DNA of 64,000 bases from Catajapyx aquilonaris (taxonomy: Eukaryota). Within the stretch, counting starts at the first letter, position 1; each line of letters begins with the position of its first letter. The stretch covers positions 62,001-126,000 of the forward strand of contig KZ538046.1 of the NCBI GenBank assembly GCA_000934665.2, given 5' to 3'. The notes under the pieces were generated by a model. It saw only the letters and a list, made by a program, of their open reading frames with translations. It was not told the origin of the DNA and ran no database searches. This document shows positions 51,743 to 64,000 of the stretch, in pieces. The translations under genes were made by a program, and so were the position numbers.

Positions 51743-54700
51743 CGATTAGCTTAGTCCCTGGGAAAATCAGGTTCTATAGCTAATATCTGCAATATACCTG
51801 CTAGGAAATTATTATTAGGGAAATCTGTTAGTAGAAGGATATTGCAAGGCCATTTGTGCGTGTAATAATCGATGCAAAATTTTGTCAGGCGTCAGTGCGT
51901 TTCTTATAGCAGATTTGTAGCAGGATATTGAAATGTTTTCTGGAAGGTTGCGCAATGAAGTGTCATGCCAGTCGCGAACATGTGGCTAAAGCTGATTTTT
52001 TTAAATGTTTCGTGTTTATGAATTATTTTGTCAGAATGTATAGGGTACAAGTAAACTCTGTGAGAGTGAAATAGCAAGTTGTGATTGACAATATCCTGTG
52101 CAACTGTGTATAATTCTATTGCATAGAAAATTGTAAGCCTATTTTGCTTGCTATAGCACCAGATAGGTTTTCACAATTGTGACTCGCCTATGATGGTGCT
52201 ATCTTGTAATTTTTATAAATTTTCCTGCATGTTGACATTTTCAATCTAAGCTTGCTTTTTTCTCATTTTTGCCATATAGGCCTATATGCCAATGGAACTA
52301 TTTCCATCAACACATTACGTCATTAAGATTTCAGTATGTAAGGCCGTGCAGTGCTGATTTCAAATTCTTGCCGGATAAAAAAAAATGCAGGTGTGCTTTT
52401 CTTATACGTACGTTACCTTTTAACTTCCATTCGAGTCGGTCAAAATATTGCGGGCAACAAATAGTTTGCGATCTCTCCTGATGCCCCCTTCAGTTTTAGT
52501 GGCGAATTATGCACATTTTTGGAATCCTCATTAAGTTGTCTACTATTGCGGTAGGGGTCCTCTGAAAACCTGAAGGACGCCTGGGAATATAATTATATAC
52601 AAAAATTTGACCAACAATAATGTTAGCTTCCTTCCGAAACAATCGGTGAGTTTTATGACTGACATGTCACTAAAAATGCTTGCCTACAGTCATAAGCTGC
52701 ATCATGATATTCAAATCAAACAATGATAGCATTGCACAAGAAGCCACGAGCCATGTATTTTTTTTTCTTCTTCGCCTGTTTACAGTTTTAGTCATTGCCC
52801 TAAGTACCATGGTGAGAAGGGTACCGTTGCAGATTATTATTGACCTGGCTCAGACATTCTAAAGTCAAATATTATGGGTAATACCGACAATAAACACGGG
52901 GAAAATACATTTTTATGTCCTACGAAGGCAGTATAGCTTCGATTATTCTGCCGAAGAAATTCCCATCTTCCTACCGAACCGCCTTACACAAGAAAAGACA
53001 TGGCGAATGTAATACCCCTGTGTTCCATCAGCCATTGTTCGCAGCTGACATTCAAGCTTTATCATCTTCAAAATGAAATCGGCGCATAACTGTTCATAAT
53101 CCCCCTGACAAGAACTGCGTTGAGAGAGAAGGTTTTAAAGGCCGAGGTATATATATTCATAAAATCAGAATTTCACTTCAGAAAACGAACGCCCCGAAAA
53201 ATAAATCCCCGTAAAACCTAGCGAAGCGAACCTACATTAGGCGGCTTCATAATATGACAGACATTTTCCATGCGGTTTCCTAGGCCTAGTCCAGTCCAAC
53301 CTTTTTCCCCACTTGAGCTTTTCGGTAACTTGGGCTGATCTGAAAAGTACATAAAAGCTCGCTTTGGATCCTAAGAGCAGTTGATGGAGGGAGCGGGGGC
53401 AAAAATGGCGTCGGAGGCCACCAGGACTAAGGCTTTCATCCTGAAGAGTACAGGCAATCTGGGCTTTCCACTTCCACCGACACGAACCATTTCCCCAACC
53501 TCGCTAAAAAGCACTGCATTAGATCCCAGACGACACTCTTCTTCCCATTCCACTTTTTATTTTAAAACCATCCCCTCTTTTTTTCAAAAAAAAATTATAT
53601 AAAAAAAGTTCTACCATCTAATCCCTACCCATTTTACATCACTCCACATCGAAGCCCGCCTCCAGTCCATTTATTTCGGGCGGAAAGGGGAAAAGACGTA
53701 TATCGAAATGAGTTAGGGTATAGCTACCGGTACATTGTTCCCGTGTCGTAAATTTCGGACGGAATTATCGTGAAGAAGGCGGCCACGACACACCCCCATC
53801 CTTCGCGCCATGTTAAGGCCCCCAACACCAGGAGAGAAACGTGTCCAAAGCCATTTCAATTGATGAAGCACACTCTACTTTTTTATTGTCAGATGCGGCT
53901 TTGAATCTGACGTTACCTGATGGCGCCCTTAATAATGTTCCTTTCTTCTTTCCAGGCCTCGAACGACGCAAGAAGTTACCCAGCGCTGAACTAGCCAGGG
54001 CGTAACATCGCTAAGTGTATATGGCACAAAAATGTACAGTGTAACTTCACTAGCGATTGGCATTAAATAATATGGTTAAAATATGCTACAGGCCCGTACA
54101 ATGCGGCTGAAGGAATTAATAGTGCAAATGTGCAATATTTAAAAAATGAGGTGCACAGAGAATTCCAGCAGGAATTATGTTTCTTTTCCAGAAGGGCATA
54201 TACTACATTATTTTGTTGGCACACCGTGTATTTTAAACGCTCTTGCTAATTTTAGTCCCCTCTGTGCATTCCCAGTGCGCGCACAATCTTCCGACAATAT
54301 TCGCAGTCATAAAATAAAAGCTACGTACTTCAAGGTTACTCTGACATGCACAGACCGGGTCTCATTAGTGCATCAGAATGTATTTTTTAATAACAAACCG
54401 CTAAGCAGAGGACTCATAATTGCACAGAATTGGGCAACTTTCCCACCAGTCTCGGTAGACCTGGGCTCAAACAGGTTAAAAACAAACTGCAACCGGTTTT
54501 AAAACTGCATTCCCAGCCGAATTACAACAGGTGAAGGCAGATCCTTCCCCTCCCAACATTTTGCAAAAAAAATGGGTATAAAAAAGGTTCATACAAAATC
54601 CACGTCAGCACTTGAGTCCCCCCCCCCNCGGGCTTGTTGCTTCACCAATGCGTCCATATATCCCGCCTCAATATTTACCTCACAAATATCCCTCTGTTAT

Positions 54701-57700
54701 TGCAATTACTCAATCAAAGCAATGGAGCCGGTTTATGTCAACGGCAGCCGATTGTTTTCCTCCGTCGGACACAATCTACGCGCATCAAGCTTCATTATAT
54801 GAACGAGGTCATTTTCCCTCAAGTGGGCTAAAAATTCAATGGAAAAATATAGAGTATAGAACCAACGGGAAGGGTTAGTAAATATTGTAAGCCCTAATTG
54901 GTTGCTTTTTTCAGGCATAACATAAGCACTTTTAATACCGAAATATGTATAGTACATGCTGGTAAAACATGAGTAAAATAATATTAAAATTTGATATAAT
55001 GTCGTGTTGTTGACATATTGTATAGTAAAATGATAACAAAAAAATCAACATTTCCGAACTTCGATGATTTTCGTTGTATGCGACAATAAGATTTAAAAAA
55101 TCGTGTAGAAACAGTTGCAAGAAACATTACAGTCATAAACTGCCGTAACTGTAATGGAGTTATAAATTCCACGATTTTTGGTGGGATTTTACATAGTCTG
55201 GCGATTTGAATGCGAGCATGCGTCGGCATCGCAACTGAGAGAACATATAGAGCATCCAGTTAGCTAATAGCATGGATGGGACCCCGAATCTCTCTCTTTG
55301 CCATTTCCATGTTTCCAGTGAGGTCAAAACCTAACCGAAAAGCCCACTAGACTCGTTCAATCATAGGCACACCTTCCTGGTTTTTAGTTGTTGACAGTTA
55401 TTATCATAATTCAACCTCATAATAAATTCAAAACGCAAGATTTGAACTGCAGACCTCTGCAATCACATTGTCAAAAAATGTCCCGGATTAACTGTGACAT
55501 TCAACCCGGTTTGTGTGGTCAACTCCCACACACCATAATAAATCTGTTCAATATGCTAACACAAAGTACACAAAACCAGCCAGTAGGTGAAAAATCGCAA
55601 TTTTTTTTACCCGCACTGGCTTTTGTGCTGCGCACTCATATTTCAGCCGAGTTTAAAAGAATATTGTCCGCTCAGCAACTACGTATAATGATACATGCAG
55701 ATTATTTGTGTTGCACAGTGACGTATCCCATATTATGTGCACTGCAAATAATGCATCATGAACCTTGCTGCATGCAACCTTACCTTTCGCAGGCATATCG
55801 AGGTCGAAAGATGTTCACCTACCTGGAACGAGAAAACGGACAAGTCAGTACGGGAATATTGTCAAGTATTTCAGTCAGACCAAAAATACCTCAGGTAGTA
55901 CTAACGTACTGTACCTGACACACCGTTCAAGTATGGTAGGAGAGAAAAAAATGATGACAAGACCATGAGCTTAAAATAAGTGTGAATATCCCGTGTGTGT
56001 GATTGCCACCATCACCGCAGTTGTAAATGTGAATAATAGATGCCACATTTCCACGTTTTTGAGTCCAGTACTAATGTCGTTATCAAGTAATGAGGGCATA
56101 AATAAGGAAAATATACGCGCGAGTAGTCCAGGTTAAAAAGGGAAAGGGTGTGTTGTCAGGGCTGGGAGGGTTGTATGAATGGAAAGAAGCTGACTTGGGT
56201 CCGCAGTGACATGTGTCTTGCCCCTGCAACAACCAGCCAACTCTGTTGGACGACAGAAGAACACTTCACAAGAATAGGATACTTACTAATTCACAGCCAC
56301 TAGCTTAAAAAAAGCAGCAAGGTAAGCCCAATAAATTAGCTGGATCTTAAGACATTGAAGGAATTTTCACGGACGATGACCGTGTAATTTCCACCGAATT
56401 AAAAACACGCCCCGGAACCAAGATTTGACCTACATGTGTCAGCTCACTTGCTCTGCCAAATGAAAGAGGAGTGACCTCTACCCAGTTCATTAAGCGAGCA
56501 ATCACGGATCTCACTCTCGCTTTTTTTTCCTCTCATTATTAATCCAGCGGGAGTCAGCTGGCGAACCTCGAAGTAACCACATGCTAAGAGCACTTTTTTG
56601 CCAGATTTATACAGCCATAAGCAAGAATCCGGTTGAAAACAACGCACATACACACTCCCCACATGCATCGACAGAGCACACACACACGCTCACACACAGA
56701 GCAGAGTTTGAAAGCCCAAGTCCCAAATTGCATTGCTGTCTGTCGGCCACATGAAATATTGCTTTATTCCAGTTGCATAACTGCCAGCAGGGCAGTCCAT
56801 CGAACAGGGAACGCGGGAGTTAAATTGAATCCAATCCACGTTTCATCAATTCAGGATACAAACCACACCTGTTACTCTTCATTGCTACTGCATCAACCTG
56901 CTCTCTAGTGTGTAAGGAAATGGGTGCAGTGGTGATCAACCGGCGCGTTTGCCGGATATGAGCCATGGCTCTCTTGACCACCAAGGTAATGGCGGTCTGC
57001 TACATTCCCCAGTCCACAACCAACAGAGGAGCTAACTTGCAGGTAGATTGATGGCTGCGGACAAAGGTAAGGCCGTTGGAAGATATTGGACAGGAAGCAA
57101 GATGCTGGTCTGCACAACGTTAACTAATTATTATATATTACTATTGAAGTCTAAAGTTGCATCTTCCCCGGAGTGCAGCTTTACAAGGTAGTTGGTTAAG
57201 AACATGGCGTACATGTACATCACACATCATCCGGTTAGGCCATTATTTTCGTACCCAAAACTATAAGGTAGGTCATACATGTTTGTTTTTAGAGGCCAAA
57301 ATTGGATGGGACTACAAAAATACTTCTGCCAAAATAGGACGAAGAGGCACCACCCTAGTGACCTACACGGTTAGTCTTAAGATGAGATTTCTGAATTTTG
57401 GCTGTCCGACTACAATAATTAGGAAACGTCTTGCAGGGCGACATTTTACTAGTTGGCTAGTTATTAGTGTAGAGGACAGTTGGCATGGAAATTCAATATA
57501 AATTACTAGATGTCCCTCTCACTTCAGGTATACCAAGATTTTATTCCTCACTCCACGAATAATTAACGCTTTAATACAATAATTTAAACAGAACACATCA
57601 GTTCATGGGGAAAAATGACATCCCAACCTTTACTGAAAGTGCCTTTCATTTTGCGTCTAATGACTATTGAAGCTGCACTACATTGAAGCAAAATATCTGA

Positions 57701-60700
57701 AGTTCTCCTTGCCTTTCCGGTAGTTTCTTGAAGTGCTTCGACTGTCCTTGTCTTGTTGATGTACTGTTCATGCTACCCTTAAGATGGTCTCACTATATGA
57801 ACAACTCATTCATTGCATAGCCACGGATGGAAACCTAACTTCACTAATACTTACAGAAACATCATATGTTTTCTGCGATATTAATGGAAATCGATCAGAT
57901 CAAACAAAATGTACATTAAAATAAAATGCATGTATCCATAAGCTGCAACTGGTACAGGCGTCGAGAGAGCCACAATTTCTCATCGTGTTAACATGCAGCC
58001 GGGGAGCCGGGAGCGTTGACAGCGCCTCATTCGGAAAAGAAGCCAACTTCTATCTACAATACCTACAATGTCACAAAATCATCTTTCCCGGTACATTCTC
58101 ACTTCAAGAACTCAGTTAATAACAGGTTATCATTGCTACTTCTTCCGATTTTTTTTACTCGATTGTTACCGGCTTCCACGACGACACGAGCTGACCCGCA
58201 AGATGTGTTGCCGACCCCGCAGGATACCCCTGGAGGCAACCCACCCGAAATCAATACCCGTCGCCAATCAGAACCTGCTGCTGGCCACAGTGTCTGAAAA
58301 GGTGGTCCAGACACAATAGCTGTCTGGAGCAGCACATGATAAAAGAACCTGATGAGAAGCCTGGATAATAACTGAGTCCAGAAAAAAAAAGAGATGAGCA
58401 GCAGAATAAGAGTTGGGCAAGCTACAGGCCGAGGTTGGTCGGTTGGCATGAGTGGCCTTGGGGATTTAGGCAGTGTATGGGGGCGGCAGTGGCGGCCTGG
58501 GCCTATAACATGAGGCCATTATGCAAAGTTGGGAAAGGCGAGTCTCCGTCTCAGCTTCCCCATTTATCCCGCACTTTGGGGAAATAACGAGGAGAATATG
58601 AACTATAGCCCACCTCCTGGGAGTCCTTCTGTGATTGCTCTTTGTAATAACTCGGAACAGCAACTTTTGAAACTTTCATAAATCAAAATGAAAGGGATGG
58701 GAGAGAGAGAGAGTGGGTGGGGTTTTGGAGGGGGGTAGGTAGGACGGGGTGTGGGGGTGGGGATATCTCCCTCGGCAGACTCCAATCGAGTCGGCATGGA
58801 AAACTAAACTCCAAGCCGAGCCTTTTTCTTGCAACGGAAAGCTCTCTCGGTTTTCTCTCTCTGGTGGTGCTCATCTCTCCGGATGCTGGCAAGCAGTTTT
58901 ACGGCCTTCCCGCGGCTATCGCAGCATCCCCATTATTATTATTGCTTCGGGATCCGCCTCGTTATCCTGTGGCACGGGCTGAGATCAGCGCCTATTGACG
59001 CTCTGGCTTTTCATCGCGCCATAATCTCAGATGTCGCCTGGGATCCACCCCCCCTCGAAAGAAGCACTCACCCACCAACCAACACTCTCACCCTCCTTCC
59101 CAACCTTAGCTTTCCTCTTTTAATTCCCGGAAACGCCCAGACCTAGACATTACTGCGACTTATTTAACCAATTATCGTCTCAATGGATCTCAAATGTCTT
59201 CAGATTAGCCTCTAAAACTGTTCCTCACAGTTGCGAGGCATTCCTCCTAATATCCACAGCCATCCTTATAGTTGGGCGATGGGAGGAACCCGGATTCTAG
59301 TGCTCAGGTACAGGAAGTAGCCCAGACTCGAGGGATGATCGAACCAGTCTTCGATATCCAAGTTATAACCTGCAGTTAACTGATATTCCAGCATTTTGCC
59401 CAAGGGTGATATGCTATACTCCACAGCATTGCATTAATGTAGCTTATTCTATATGTTTGGACTGGCATCACCATGAACAGTGGCAACCAACCAATGAGAG
59501 TAGAAATATATTTAGGTCCGGCGTAACTCACGGAGAAAGGCAATATTTCGCGGTTTCTGGTACAACAATCAGGTTCTATACAAATGCATCTCCTCGCTGA
59601 ATATGCAAAATAATTATTGCTATCCTAACTTCTCCTTCGAAGGGACATCTCGTCATGCAGTAAATCTACGGAAAGGTCTACATAAATTATTAACGTCGCG
59701 GGCAGCCATGATGAATACCTTGTTACCACAAAACTACTGCATCTGCATTGCAGTACAAATGGATTAGCTGGAGGACCCGGTATGTATATTAAATGCATTA
59801 TTCCTTAAAATCATGCCAGACTTGCATTTTCTTCGGCTAATTTTGCAAATGACAAATAATGTGACAGTGTAATCGTAAATACTGTGCTCGGAAGTCCTGT
59901 ATTAATTAATATTGTAAATAATAAATCAGCTTTCACAGCAAAGCAATAGGCATAAACTGACGCACTACATAATTATAACCATTAACCTTTGACGTTTTAA
60001 AAATTTCTCCAAACAGTGCACCAGTTCTTTGTCAGATCACTGCAAATAACACTAGACGAAATCGCAACAGCACCCTTGAGTTGTATTACATACACTAATA
60101 AATATATAGACTTATTCAGTTAATTGACAACAAATAATTTCGCAAATTGCACGGTGTTCGGTACAATCTCAAATGCATTACAGTATACAGCCTTATACTC
60201 TTCCACACTCGATGCTTGGCACCAAGTGTTGTGGAGTTAGAGGCATGTAATTATCACAAGTAACACGTTAGACGTAGGAACGCTTGACATCAACACACAT
60301 GATAGGAAGCCCTTTGACAATAGACAAGGTGCTTAGGACGAGATTACAATGCTCTAGTCTCTCGACTTGTACTTAAACATCAAGTAAGTGGTAGGTCATA
60401 GCATCCCCATGCAAAATAAATATTTACTCAACCCCCCCCCCCCCCTTCCCCCCTCACCTGTTGCATGTGTTGAACCAATCACCTGACGACAAACGCCCCC
60501 TTCCCCCTCCTTCCCCCACCACCTCCCTCCACCCACACCTACTGTGTTCTACTCAGGTCTAGCGGACACCAAAGGACAACTAAAGCGACCTGCGGCCACT
60601 AACATCCTCTACTGTAATATTAGCATGTAACAGAAGACGCCTGCAGCACTATTCCTGTGCAGTACTGATGGGACTGCATCCTCTTAATGTGTCGACATTA

Positions 60701-61776
60701 CATGCAAATACCAGGCAAGAAATAATGTACATTTTCATGTGCCAAATTAATGGTACAGCCCATTAGCATAAGTTATAAAACATCTGAAGAAAACGTCACA
60801 AGTGCAAAAATAAAACATCCTGATGTTTGTGTTATGTGTAGAAGTCCACAACAAAGTGGACGATATGCAAATGTCAAAACGTCAGTGCTAAAAAAATAGC
60901 CCAGAAATTAAATTAAGAAAGTTGCCTTTCCTTCGTTATTAATATTGGACCCTCGTGTGATTCACATCTTTTACACACCTCTAATTTATGTAAATGAAAT
61001 CACACTTTCATTCACATTTTAGTAAGTTTTGCTCAGATTATCCGCACTAACCTGTAAGTCACGTGTTATTTGTATATGCTTCTAATACTGAAAATTTGGC
61101 TCGAATGTCAAAATTTTTCTTTTTTCTGGCATTTTAATGGCGACCATAATAAACGCGACAATTCTCAATTTTCCAAACTCAAGAGGCAAGTAGGAAAGTA
61201 CCGAGTTTCACCGTGTAGTCTAGTACAATACGAGTATTTTTTAAAAAATCAGTCGATCTTTGCATAAGTAATTTTTTAACGAGTATCGTGCATGATCTTA
61301 CGTGCCGAAAAATTCCCAAACTCGTCTAAACCACTTCTAAGCCAAACCGGGTGCATGGTGTTAGTGGTCGCATTGGCAGCATAGCCCGTCCAGAATAAGC
61401 GGACAAAAGTCTTGCCCTGGGCCTCATTACGCGGTCCTCCTGCAGTCGAGTCTCTTGGAGTGCACGCCCTCAAGTTGTGTCCGTTCTGGCGAGTTGCACA
61501 TTCACTTCTATAATATCACGCTTCTGCTTTTCTCATCCAAGCTAAAAATATACCATACGCTATACAGAGTACTGTAATCTCGAGCACTACGCTGTACAGC
61601 ACAATGTGGAACACAATATATGTAATAGTAATTGAATATGAACAAGACAAACATTATGTACTGTACAGTACTTCAATTTAGCTTTTACTTTTAGGTACAC
61701 TTCGTCCAAGAAATAAAGCTTTCTGTGCTCCAGACCGAAAGTAAAAGTTGAAAACACGCCAGATTCATAAATAAGC

Positions 61777-61795
61777 AAAAAAAAAAAAAAAAAAA
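61777..61795 (+). repeat. A19 homopolymer
   Basis: Direct reading. No TSD seen. Confidence 0.85.
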
Positions 61796-62659
61796 GTGAC
61801 GGAGGTATAAAATTTATTCAGACTGCAAACACAGAATCCCCAGCGCTCGAGGAAACGGGAAAATTCTGAATTGCGCCTAATTGTAAAAATGCATATTTAC
61901 AGCCTTGCAGCACACAATAATGACCATATAGTCCGAGATAGAGGCAGATGCTACAATCACAAGCCAGAAAGTCTGAAATGTTGTCATGATTTTATTTTGA
62001 CCAAGCGGGTGCAAAAATATGAAATTAGATTTTGTCCACTTGGAAAAGGGAAGTAGGACCCAACATAAGGATGGAAAGAGTGTTGCATAGTGCGCAGGAT
62101 GAAGCTCTTACATTTGAAAATATAGTCTAGCTACTCTAGCAAATAAATATTTAGTTGTCTAAATTATTTAGGTTAAGTAACTAAAAATTTGGTTATCTGA
62201 CCTAACCTTGTCGTTAGTGTGTTTTGTATTTAACTTTTCCAGTTTGTGAGCGGAATTAACGATGTGCTGCATCAATATTTCAACTTGTTATGACGTCCAA
62301 CGTTGGAATTTGATCCACCACCATTAGAGGACGTACTGTACGGTACACCTTGAAATGAGGAAAAGCTGCAGAGTGGTGCTATGGGCAGATCGCTTTTTTT
62401 GTATAGTAGCCCTACATTTCGAAAGTCTATGAGGGTAGCAAAAAAGTTGCACACTTATAACATGGGAATGATTACTCTAGTTAATTTAGGCTGAAATACG
62501 GAAATTGATGGCATGATAACTTGTGTTATGCTCTAAAAGATGTCATCAAAGAAGATCTTACGTGCCAGGTGATTGGGAAATGGAATGACAGGCAGGATGA
62601 CCCTTCTTATCCACGAGTATCATGAACTCACAGTCAGTAATGGAGCCGAAAGCTACCGG

Positions 62660-62722
62660 ACCAATATCGCGTTGGGATATCGCAATTGAACCCATATGTC
62701 AGAAATATCGTGCCCACCTTTA
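62660..62722. mobile_element. Possible decayed MITE terminus with ATATCG subterminal repeats
   Basis: Three ATATCG copies ending in ATATCGTGCCCACCTTTA, resembling from memory TAGGG..CGATA-type hAT MITE ends. Confidence 0.3.
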
Positions 62723-64000
62723 GCACCCACCATGAATGATCTCGAATCGGTTCTGTGTGTACTGGAAGAACACCAGCACTGACATCACACAAATGATGGG
62801 ACAGAAACGGTACTTTCTAAGGGTATAGTTCCAGTGCCTGGATGGAAGACTATCCTTATCGTATACAGCACCATAAATCCGCCGAGATTAAAATGGGGTT
62901 TATGGCTTTTTCAAAACACTCGCATTATTAATTGGCTTCCATTTTACTTCTAGTTACTTCAGATTTTACGCCCTCTTTAAATCTCACGGAGTAAGGCATC
63001 GTGAGAAAAATGTCATGTACAGTGTATAAGGTGGTGCACTGCGTAAGTTCCTATAGTACAGTACAATCCAAGAGGGGTGTGGTGAGTTACAATATGAAAC
63101 GATAGAAAAAGTTTGAAAGTTGAACTAATTGCATGTTTTTCCCCATAAATTGTAACAAATAATACATGCTTCAATGGCAAAAATCTGACTTGACCATCAG
63201 AAAGTACACATACTTATCTACTTGTTACATAACCCGGAACACACTTGATCAAAAATATTTCTATGCTCTTCCTGCATTCAATAACGTCCCTAATGGCCAC
63301 AATGATTGACGCCAATATTTATTCACACCTCTACCACGATATACTCAATGCTATGCATTTCTCCTAGACTTTCTGAGCCTATCTCTGCATTTTAAATCCC
63401 TCCCCAACATCTAACCCGTCCAACCAAGCGCACCAAGTTAAAAACCCTCGAGAGAAGGCTTGCATGGTAAAATGGGTCGGTTGTCCCGGCAGGTCTTCCG
63501 CGTGGCATCTCAGGGTCCTCCCTCCCTCCCTCCCCCTCCCCCCATCCTTTCCCCTTCTTCCTTCCTTTCCCTTATACTTAGCAGGCAGGCAAGGCAGGCA
63601 GGGATCCAATGCCTCTCGACTTTAATGAGCTCGAGGCCTAAGACGTGGCGCTGAATATCCAATCATCTTTTGTGCTGCAAATGCACACCGCACCTAATAA
63701 TCTGGCGGCAACCAATGGAATCGCCATTCAGGTGACGTTCGCCGCTCGGGCTCCTCGTTATCTCCGGGACAGCCCACAAAAGACGCTCCGGACACTTCGC
63801 CCCCTCCGGAAAACCCCCTGCCTCCTACCACCCCCCCTTCCCTTTACACAATAAGTACTGCTGGGCCTATATTCGGCTCACACTTTGCCCGTCTTATTAT
63901 GGCCAAACTCAAGGCAGCGAGGCTTATGTGCCCCACAGATAGAAGGCCTCGCATTAAAGGCTCATGTTCCTCGATTGGCAGCCCCTCTTCAAAGGTGACC

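Noticed and set aside
55388..55918. Longest ORF (176 aa)
   Set aside because: TTG start, no recognisable domain, composition typical of non-coding translation.
59330..59350. Minus-strand GGTTCGATC B-box (tRNA/SINE)
   Set aside because: No A-box or cloverleaf.
61700..61800. AATAAA plus A19 as a retrocopy tail
   Set aside because: Spacing about 60 nt, no TSD, no upstream ORF.
1..64000. Assignment to a Hox cluster (frequent TTTATGG/CCATAAA and TGATTGAT sites)
   Set aside because: No homeobox, miR-10 or clean DR5 RARE found by eye, and motif excess is only modest.

Overview
Eukaryotic, essentially non-coding genomic DNA, roughly 40-45% GC by eye. CpG is not visibly depleted, I recognise no vertebrate SINE/LINE, and there are many homopolymeric C/G runs containing assembly Ns. 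This fits an invertebrate animal genome (a cephalochordate or other deuterostome is only a guess). None of the six-frame ORFs resembles a protein family I recognise, and I found no tRNA, rRNA, CRISPR array or conserved miRNA. The window is transposon-poor, with GC-rich, motif-dense islands alternating with AT-rich spacers, as expected for a gene desert, large intron or regulatory landscape. Best-supported signals: a long near-perfect inverted repeat at 49.0-49.2 kb, a pre-miRNA-sized hairpin at 6.3-6.4 kb, a 30-bp perfect palindrome at 42.5 kb, several short tandem duplications, an apparent excess of YY1/Pho motifs, a CCAAT-repeat/TATA promoter candidate, and a consensus RFX X-box. There is also a chain of minus-strand splice sites from 12 kb leftwards that may define a spliced non-coding transcript or long 5'UTR. 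All functional interpretations are inference from manual reading.
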